DNA from: Patellaria atrata CBS 101060
Lineage: Eukaryota
NCBI GenBank assembly: GCA_010093705.1
Contig: MU006094.1
Span: 781,550 to 845,549, forward strand
Direction: 5' to 3'
DNA length: 64,000 nucleotides
Position numbers and translations under genes: made by a program
Notes under the pieces: model-generated
Told to the model about the DNA's origin: nothing
Database searches by the model: none
What the model saw: only the letters and a program-made list of their open reading frames with translations
In this document: piece after piece, positions 52,101 to 61,200 of the stretch
Numbering within the stretch: the stretch's first letter is position 1
Layout: every line of letters begins with the position of its first letter

Positions 52101-52634
52101 AACACCTTGCCACTTGCCCGATTTCTTGCCTAGATATTTTACCAAGATTGGAAGTAGGCCATATACGAGCGACTCTGACTTGAGATTCAGGAAAAGTGCA
52201 TCGAGGGCGTATTTTGCCCCTTCGCGAATCGCACTGCCCTTGTCCCCAAGCAGATCAAGGGCGCGAGGAACCAGAGACTCCTCCTGAAGTAAAAATATCA
52301 CTTCACTCAGTGGATGTGCGGGTGGGAATCTTTCGAATAAAGCGCCGAGGGCAAACATGGCGCCCTCTCTCCTCGCGCCATCTTTCTTATTGACAGCATT
52401 CTTCTGTATTTCTTCAAGAACGCCATAGCCCCGCAGCCCGCGGAAGCCCACGGTGTTTATGAGGAGATTTGTAATGGCGTATGCGGAGTCAAGTGACTCT
52501 TGAGACTTCTTGGTCGTGAAAATAGTCGTGAGTATGGAGGATACTTCTTCGTAACTCGGTGGGACCGCATTGGACGAATCCGCGTTCTTAACCATGATAG
52601 AGGGTGCCATTGGAGGAGATTCGTGATGGGGCAT
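49124..52634 (-). CDS. NEW1: New1/Elf1 eEF3-like ABCF-type ribosome-associated ATPase, about 1131 aa
   Basis: Exons 52634-49993, 49934-49227 and 49169-49124. HEAT repeats, two ABC cassettes (GRNGAGKS, LSGG, DEPTN) and a chromodomain-like insert. The C-terminus RRRLRHIEWLNSPKGTPHPPDTDDEA is characteristic of New1 rather than canonical eEF3. Confidence 0.92.
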
Positions 52635-53191
52635 AATTTGCGCGTATAGCGATTAGTGTATCGATGCGTACTTGGGTATCTGAACTGCAAAAGGAAAATT
52701 CTCTTCGCTATGCTGCTATTCTGTACAGTACGGCTGAGAATGTATGGAGGGACTGGCCAAGGAACAATCGGGGCCAGCAATTAAAGAAAGAGAGATGTTC
52801 TCTCTCTACGTAAAAGCGCAGAGAAAGAAAAGCAGAGAAAACTCTGCGCGAAAAGGAAGAGCGGAGATTTTCTGAGAGCGGGTTAGAGGAGAAGGGAAGA
52901 AAAACTTTGGTCAAAAATAATTTCCAGAGGGGTCTTTGCCAGGTGGTCTAGGATGACACAGGAGTTACTGGGGTTCGATGTAGGGCTGAAAATATCCCAG
53001 AGCGCCACACCGCATGTTATAAACCCTTTTCAGTATTTTCACATGCAATAGAATAATAGGCATATATCTCTATAGTCATATACTATAGTGTATAGATATA
53101 GACAGCCGTATTCCTATGATACAACGCCCACGCTCGAAGCCCTATTCAAAAAGACCATACCGTATGAACACTCTAAGCTTTATAATCCCCC

Positions 53192-55276
53192 CTAACTCAT
53201 CAACAACCTCACCGCCCATTTAACATTCAGCGTCCTCAGGTCTGAATAATGCTGTCCCGTTCCCAGGAAGACGACTGGAATACCTGTCGCATGCACCATA
53301 CTAACCAACGTGCCTACCATATCCCCAACCGTATCACACTTGCTGATAATGAATCCATCCAAACTGCGTCCTGCTCCGAACGCCGCATTGAAGTGCCTGG
53401 CCTGCTGTACCGAGTCCGTTCCCACCAATGCCTCTCCAACCATGAAAATTTTATCCGGGTTCGCGAGTTTTGCAAACTTCTCGAGCGACGACATCAATCT
53501 GGCGTCGTTGTGCCGTCTCCCGGCCGTGTCGATGAGCACAACGTCGAAACCATTCTCCGTGGCATGCTTGACTGCGTCTTGAGCGATGTTGGCCGCATCC
53601 TTGCCGTAACCCTTCTCATAGATATCGACTTCGCCGCCTTCACGTTTGCTCAACTCGCGTAGATTTCGTACGTGGACCTTAAGCTGTTCTACCGCGCCGG
53701 AACGGAAGGTATCCGCCGCTGCTACTAGCACACGATACTTATTCTGTAGGAGGAAGAAGCAAAGCTTTGAGAGATTGGTAGATTTGCCTACGCCATTGAC
53801 TCCTACGATAGAGATGACATATGGCCGAGGCTTCTGTAAGGATAGAGCTGAAGGTGAAGTCACGCTCTGGATTTGGCGGAGTAAATCGAGCGAGGTAGCA
53901 GGCGTCAAAATCTTGCTTAAAGCAGATTCCATGGCGCTGTTTATCGTAGTCTCGACGCCTGATGTACATTAGTAATGATTTCATCTTCGTTTAGTTGCAC
54001 CTACTTGTGAAACTCGCCGTTTTCATGCCAATGAGTTCCCTCTCCACACTCTCGCAGAGTCGAACCGCTGCTTCACGTGCAACATTCTTCTTGAGGAGAT
54101 GATCTTCCATCCCTTTCATGGACTTCGCAATATCTTCTTTCGTCAGGGTCTTGCCACCCACAACGTTTCTAAACAGGCCTCCAATTACCCCTAGACTGCT
54201 TCCAACGATCCCGCCTGTCTGTTCGCTAGTAGCCTTCTTCGAATTGGCTGCAGCAAGTATCGAGTCCATCTCATCATCCAAATCTTTCAGCACGAACTCG
54301 CCTTTTCCTGTTCGTTTTCCCCAAGTACTATGGTCAACCTCTTCCATTGGTGTCCCCGCAGCTTCATCGTCCAACGACGCAGCCGAATAATCTAATACCG
54401 TCCCATCGTCCTCATCAGCCATGCCATTATCGTCCCATCTCCGCATAGACTTCTTTGTTGGACCTTTTTTAACCGCTTTCAAGCGCGCCGGGGATTCATC
54501 CCCTGAAGACACTGGTGCGGAGGAAATATTAGCCTTCTTGCGCCCACGCCGGGACAATTTGGCGGCCGGCCCAGCTTTCGCAGTCAGCAGCTGGCTCACA
54601 GCTGGGGATGACGGTCTTGAAGTATCGGGTGTAGGGACTGGTGTGGCATCCGTCGAGGTATTGTCCGAATATACGGGCTTTTGGGGCGCTTTACGCAAGC
54701 CAGGCATAGGAGGAGGCTCATCGCCCTCACGATCTGTCCCGGAGCTGGAAGGTGGCGTCAGATCCACGGAAGGTGTAGGTTCAAATATCTTAGGAGCTGT
54801 AGCATCGGCGTGCGGCTCCAACTCGTGTATCTGTCGGTCGAAGTAGTCGTCGAATGGGAACATTTGCGCGCTTGTACGTGGCTTCTTGAGTTCATCTTTG
54901 TATAGCTCTGTGAAAAGCGCGCGGACATTATCTAGGAGCTTGTCTATCCATGTGAGGTGTACTAAGGACTGATATACTGCCTGCATGGAGCTATTAGAAG
55001 CTCCTCTCTACTACGTGCGCTGCATGAATGTAGGAAGCTTACCACAAAAATCAACCCCAGATCTTTAGCTGCGGTCCATTTGAGAGTATATCCTTCTTTC
55101 TTGTACGATGGCTTGCGAGTATCAGAGTCCTCTCCAGCATTTGTCCCTGGCGCAACCTTCTCTTCTATGAATACCTCTCTGATCAAGCTATTGACCACAT
55201 TATTGCCAACGGGTATATAATTCTTCGACCACAGTACCACGCCGGAGGTGGATAATATCTCAAAAGTATCTATCAT
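53192..55276 (-). CDS. SRP101: Signal recognition particle receptor alpha subunit
   Basis: Exons 55276-55043, 54980-54005 and 53958-53192. SRX N-terminus and GTPase motifs GVNGVGKST, DTFRSGAVEQL, DTAGR and GTGQHYSDL. Confidence 0.96.
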
Positions 55277-55516
55277 TCTCAATACCTAGCGAAAGGACGC
55301 CGAGTGACAATATTCGAGGGTGTAGATGCGGAATGACGGAGGGGCGACTTTCAATGGTGGGATCTGGAAAAGGGAGCGCGGTTCTTGACTCGTGCAAAAA
55401 TCCCAAAGTTCAGACACGGTGAAGACACTTGGACAATTGAACAAAACCCCAGGCATCCACCTTCATAGTATACATTCTTCCGTATCCATCCTCCCTTACG
55501 ACTTTTGAAAAACATA

Positions 55517-56748
55517 ATGCATCGATCCGCTTACAATAATCCGCCACCCGCACACTCGCCGCCGCTCCACCATCCCGTCCCACAACATGTCTCGACTGTA
55601 CCCCAACTACGCTCTCCACCACCCCCCGTACCACAGTCACAGCAGCAATCACCAAATAGCTATGGATATCCACAGCAAGGAGGAGGACAGCAAGCAGGAA
55701 GTGGATATGCCCACGCCCCCTTTGGGGGGTTTATGAACGATCCAACGGCACAAATGGGATTCCAAATGGGGAAAACAGCAGTAGCAGCAGGACAGGAATA
55801 TATAGACCAGAACGTACAGAATCTCCCCCTCATCAGCTCAAATTTCCCAGAAAGTATCTATAGGAGCTATATTACAATGCTCCTATAAGAATCTATGGGA
55901 ACCATAAGGCTCTACTCTACTCAATATCTCCTAACAAAGCTAACCCCCACCCCAGCTAAACCGCTACCTCAACGTCAGCGCCCTAAAACACTACTTCAAC
56001 GTCTCGAACAGCTACGTCGCCTCAAAACTCTTCCTCGTCTTCTTCCCCTGGCGCCACCGCCCGTGGTCACGCCAACAACGCCTCTCCCCCAACGGCCAAG
56101 ATGGCTACTTCCTCCCTCCCCGCGAGGACATCAACTCTCCCGACATGTACATCCCTGTGATGGCCTTCGTGACCTACATCCTCTTATCCACCCTCCTCGC
56201 CGGCCTACGCGGAGCCTTTCACCCCGAACTTCTTGGTCTCACGGCAACCACCGCCTTCGCAGTCGTGATATTCGAGATCCTCGGCTTGAAGCTAGGAACA
56301 TACCTCTTAAGCATCAGCAACGAAAGCCAACTCCTCGACCTCGTCGCCTACTCCGGCTATAAATTTGTCGGCATAATCGTGACCCTCGTAGTCGCCGAGA
56401 CCATAAACGCCGGGCAGGGGACAGGCGGGTTAGTAGGCTGGTGTATCTTCCTCTACGCCTTCAATGCCAACGCTTTCTTTCTCGTGCGTCAAATATTCCT
56501 TTATCCTCTCTCCTTAAATTGTATAGCTAATAGTGTCGCTGTAGCTCCGCTCCCTCAAATACGTCCTCCTCCCCGACACCTCCCCCAACACCGCCAGCGG
56601 CGCCTCCTACACTATCGCTCGCAGCCAGCGCAACCGCCGCACCCAGTTCCTCTTCTTCTACTCCTACATCGTCCAGTTCGCCTTCATGTGGATCCTCACC
56701 CGGCAGGAGGCCTCGCCGACTGTGGCTGGGAAGGCGAAGGCCGCGTGA
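55517..56748 (+). CDS. YIF1: Yif1/Hrf1 ER-Golgi transport membrane protein
   Basis: Exons 55517-55813, 55956-56483 and 56545-56748. Motifs LKHYFNVSNSYV, PPREDINSPDMYIPVMA, DLVAYSGYKF and FFLLRSLKY. Confidence 0.95.
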
Positions 56749-57813
56749 CACACCTAACGACGTGGCCAAGCCCATCACGGTCAACGGGAAAGCATGGGGA
56801 CGTATGGTGTTGGGATTGGTGTTGGTATCGGTGTTGGCAGCACGACATGATGCTTTACGCGATTTGAGTAGGAGATAGGATGGTGGACGTGGAGCATGGG
56901 TATACTAGCCAGTTTACGAACGTGCAAGCATCCGAGAGAAGAAAGACAGGGAGACACACTGAATAAGACGAAGCTCACGATGGATGTTTGCACGACTATT
57001 TCCCATTTCACCACAGTCTCCCATCAGACGGACCAGCAGGATCTCAACGAGCACTCACAGCAGCGCAGAGGGTATGAGTTTAAGCTGAGGTTAAGGAAGA
57101 GAATATACAGCCATCAATACAATAAGTATACAACTAGATAATGTACGTGTACATGTATGCAAGCACACCAACCGAAACTGCGCATAGGAGAATGCAATGA
57201 CGTCCCGTCCCTGCATCAAGGGTGAGGTAGATATCACCTCCAGTTCCCGTCCTTTGCATGTACACCACACACCTCACCACACCACAAAATGCACGACATA
57301 TTCAAACGCACTAAATTCTCTAAACGTACATAATCCATCTACTCCGCCACTCGTGCGTAGAGATAATCCACGCACCCTTCCCCAAAGCAGCCCTAAAGAA
57401 GCCTTAATCGACTGATCCATCCACCCACCCATCACGCCATGGTAAAGTAAGTAAAAAGTGTGTTGAAAAAAAGCCTCACCTACCGTGGCTCCCATCACAC
57501 TTGAATAATCAGTGTTGTACCCGTCGTGCCAGCTCTCTAGTCACCGGTCGGAATATCGAGATAAAGGAAAATAAGGGTTAGGGGGAAATATACATCTCGG
57601 TGTAAGTGTGTGATTTTAGTTGTAAACGTTTCAGTTGTAGTGGATATGAGATATATCTTCATCCATCGAATCGCACATTTGTCATGAGGGAAGAGACGGG
57701 GAGAGTGGGGAAGCTCGAGATAGTGAGGGGAGATGATGTCCGCATGAGAATATTACAGCCGGATTTATTGATCATGTAGAAAAACACCACGACATCCCCT
57801 CCTCATCAGAAAT

Positions 57814-59943
57814 TTATAAGATTGCTTCCCACATTCCCGGACCCATCTTGACGGGAACATCAGTCTCACTCGCGCAACACGCACGCTTGCGGCCTGGACC
57901 TCTCTGGACCGGCTTTCTGTTCTCGGCACCAGCACAACGTTCACTGGGACTCTGCAGAGCCTTTGCAGCAAATCTTGTACTAGAGGTGCGGCCCTGTGAT
58001 GTGAGGGTAAAAGTCTCCGCAACATTGCGATCCGTGAGCACCCCGTTGGAGGCCGGGTGCCAGTCTGGATTGTTGAGGAGGGCACGGACCTCACTCTGCA
58101 AGCTGAGGTCGGTAGATGATCTGCCTCGCTTCCTCGTCTTAGCTTCCTCGGCGGAATGTAGCGCGGCTGACAGACTAGATTGCTGCTTTGACGCTTGCCT
58201 CCCGCGCTTTGGACCGGGAACGGGAGTCGCATCCGAGTCATCGAGGGTGAAGCTCGAGAAATCGGGTGAAGACATTGGCTCGGCCGTCAACGGTTCGTTA
58301 GTGAGGTCGATGATCTCCTTCTCCTTGACCGGTGCCACGCAGGGCAGTCTCGCATTACGGCAGGTCGCCACGCGAGCCAGTCTGGGTTGACTCGCCGCCG
58401 GCGCCCATGCAGCGGATGAGACTGACGAGATTGACGAGGCACGCGATGAACGCGAGGAATTATCGGAGACCATGGACTCGGGGGAAGACGAAAGCGACGT
58501 TGAGGATAGCGCAAGAGAAGGTCGACGACCGCAGAAGTGATAAGCTTCTAGACCATTCTGTTTCTGAATGGGGTTCCAGGGATCTAGAGCTGTGCGCGCC
58601 ATACAAGCATTCTGAGCCTGGGCGATTGCCGTGCACATAGACGGTCTCCTCGGTCCGAAAGCGGCAGTACCCACTGCAGGGGTACCGAACACAGTGGACT
58701 GAGGTGTTAGGATAGGTGTAGGCAATGGACCCATTCGTACTAACGACGGAGTAGGGGGGATATTCTCCGTCCTTGGCTCAAGGTAACTAGGTAGCCTTGT
58801 TGTTGGAGATGATGTGAAATCGTTGGTGAATGTGGTTTCAGGAATGTTTGTACGCAAGGATACCTTCCTCACCGTTGGGCGAGGATTGATAGCGATAGTA
58901 TCCAATTCGGGAGTTAGGCAAGGGACAATCGTTTTCCAATCGCTCGATGCCGGGCTAGTTGGACAGGCCCCCGGCGACGGAGGATGAGCGGCTGGTGAAT
59001 AGTTGAGGACGACTTCCTGCCATCGTTCGAATATTGGATCCGTGATATGTAACTTCCAGTCGACTGCACGAAGGAAAGCCAATTCGTTGGTATTGATCTC
59101 GCAGACCTTGAGTCCAGATATCTTACTCCAAGCTCTTGCTGAGTAATTACGATCCTGAAGATACTTCGACGCAAGAATAAGAGCCGCGAGAAACATACGT
59201 CTACCGCATTGGAGTGCGCGTAGTGAATGCTGGTCCTCCGGTTGCTCCATGGTGAAGTCGTGCTTAGGCACATGACCCTTGATGAGGATCAGATAGTAAA
59301 GAGCGACTTGTAACGTCGAATAGCTAGTACGAGATCGTCGCAAGGTCTCTTGAATGAATGTGCGAAGCGGTAGAACACGACCTTCATTGCGGCACGCCGG
59401 CATAGACAACGGCCAGATGACTTCAACCATTTGAGTGGCAGAGTCTCCAAGGAGGGACAATCTCAGCGAAAGTCAAAGAATTGGAAAGGGACAGTACTTG
59501 AACTCACCAACTAAACTATCAACGAAATTAATTTTCCTTTCGCTCTGGCGGACTAGCTGAGGTGGTGCACGGCTATTAGAGGAGGTTGAGCACCGTCGGG
59601 GGTTTTGCCGAAGCTCTTGCGGGACAGGTACATTTACGTCCGCATTCCGCAATGGTGGAAGACCCCAACTGGATCCTGAGACCACTGTTTGCTGTGCTTG
59701 CTGTAACTTTGGATTTTGGAATTGCGGACGGTTCAAGGCCCATAACTGGTCGGCACCATCCCAATTGCAATTGACGGAGCTCACCGCCGATGAAGCAGAA
59801 CTTGCTGAAACTTGCGATGAGGAGTCCACGACGGAGAAGACAGATGATGAAGATGATGAGGCGGATGAGGAGAGTGATGGCGCATACGGATGGCTGCGGG
59901 GTGATGTCGCATCAAAGGTCGGATGCGGGATGTCGTAGGTCAT
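57814..59943 (-). CDS. CLG1: Clg1-type Pho85 (PCL-family) cyclin
   Basis: Exons 59943-59508 and 59444-57814. FVDSLVDSATQMVEVIWP, LRTFIQETLRRSRTSYSTLQVALYYL and CGRRMFLAALILASKYLQDRNYSARAWSKISGL form the cyclin box. Confidence 0.93.
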
Positions 59944-60016
59944 TGTGGTGGGAAGGTAACGCCTTTTAACCGAAGATCCCCAAGACGTGTTAAAGGAAAT
60001 AGATATAATAAGAAGT

Positions 60017-60046
60017 GAGAGGAGAGGAGAGGAGAGGAGAGGAGAG
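60017..60046. repeat. (GAGAG)6 pentanucleotide microsatellite, read as (CTCTC)6 in the CLG1 leader
   Basis: Six perfect copies read directly from the sequence. Confidence 0.95.
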
Positions 60047-60495
60047 ATAATAGATTGGAACTTTTCCGGAAAGGTATTCTTAGAAAGAGCAAGTACTTTT
60101 CGTACCTAACTTGAAATGAAAATTGGGTCGAATGGTCGTGGTGTGACCAGAGGTAACCGATGAGACAAACCGTTCGGAGTGAGCCTAAACAACCCGTGCG
60201 TCGTGAGAACGGCAGCAAATTAGTTCTTCCACAAGTTCTTCTGCTAAATATGCAGAATAGAGGATGTTGCGGGTTGTTTTCCAAAGTGACTTTTTGAGAA
60301 TGGTCCAACAAACGAAACCGATATGTAAGGTATCCAATTGCTGGGCTGAGAAACCCTCCAGTCACCGTACGCTCAGTGTCACCTGAACAAGACCTTATGT
60401 GAGAACCTGACCGCAATGCACTCCGATGATGCGACTTCGTCGATAGCTCAAGCTACCGTAAAAGCCGAAAGGTCGAGGGTGTACGCGGAAAGAAT

Positions 60496-60600
60496 CTAGA
60501 CGAGGAAGCCTTCAAAATCAAAGGCCTTGTTCGAAGGAGCAGCGGTGACACATGAACGACGGATGACTGGAGATGAGTTAAGAGGAACGCCGGGGCACAT
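60496..60600 (-). CDS. Upstream ORF (34 aa) in the putative CLG1 5' leader
   Basis: ACG-ATG context; MCPGVPLNSSPVIRRSCVTAAPSNKAFDFEGFLV*; lies between two long ATG-free tracts. Confidence 0.5.
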   Translation of the reverse strand: MCPGVPLNSSPVIRRSCVTAAPSNKAFDFEGFLV

Positions 60601-61158
60601 CGTGACTCTGTTCGTTGTTGCGGTAGAGGTGGTTATCTGGGCATAAAGCTCGCCACCTAAGCCGGTTTGACTTTCAAAGTTAACGGATGATGTTTTTGAA
60701 TCAGGTGTTCGTCGGTCTTTTGGTCGTGTGTAGTAAGTTCGTAGATTTTTTTTTTTTTCAAGAACGTGAATTATTGTGTGGAATATATCGTTTGTAGAGT
60801 TGATGTTAAGGTCGTCGCGATCGAGTTAACGAGGCAAGGGCCGTTACAGGGTTAGATATGGGGTGTTGTTCGGAGGGTAATAGGCAAATTCAAGAGCAGA
60901 AATAATTAAAACTGAGTGGAGAGTATGGTTAAATAAAGGTACAGAAGGTCGAAGTGAATGACTATCAAGTATGAGTCTTTTGGGTAGGCGGCAGTGGTGC
61001 CAACGGCTTCAGTCGGGCTCGCGTTTGACTCTGCTTGCTGAAGGAAGGCTTTCGGAGGTGTGACAACGAGGAAATCTTGGAAGCAATCAAATAGTCAAGG
61101 GAACAAGTAGAAGAAGAATGAGGTGTCGATTTGATTGAGTATTTGAGACAAGCGTCAG

Positions 61159-61200
61159 TTAAACGCCCCAGCTCTCGTAGATGGACATGACGGTGGCCAT
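61159..61200 (-). CDS. Upstream ORF (13 aa) at the 5' end of the putative CLG1 leader
   Basis: Optimal CCAAA-ATG-GC context just downstream of a CCAAT box (about 61290) and a CT-rich tract; MATVMSIYESWGV*. Confidence 0.55.
   Translation of the reverse strand: MATVMSIYESWGV

Noticed and set aside
49124..52634. Canonical eEF3 (YEF3) assignment
   Set aside because: The C-terminal IEWLNSPKGTP motif points to the New1/Elf1 paralog.
44514..58390. Long antisense ORFs (for example 44514-45437, 50961-51572, 51406-52287, 57848-58390)
   Set aside because: They are shadows of codon-biased genes on the opposite strand with no domain features. 44514-45437 is the least certain case because its partner gene is itself hypothetical.
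60340..60420. TPP riboswitch-like words (CTGAGA..ACCC, GAACCTGA)
   Set aside because: Wrong spacing, no TAAT..GCG 3' core, antisense to CLG1 and no thiamine gene nearby.
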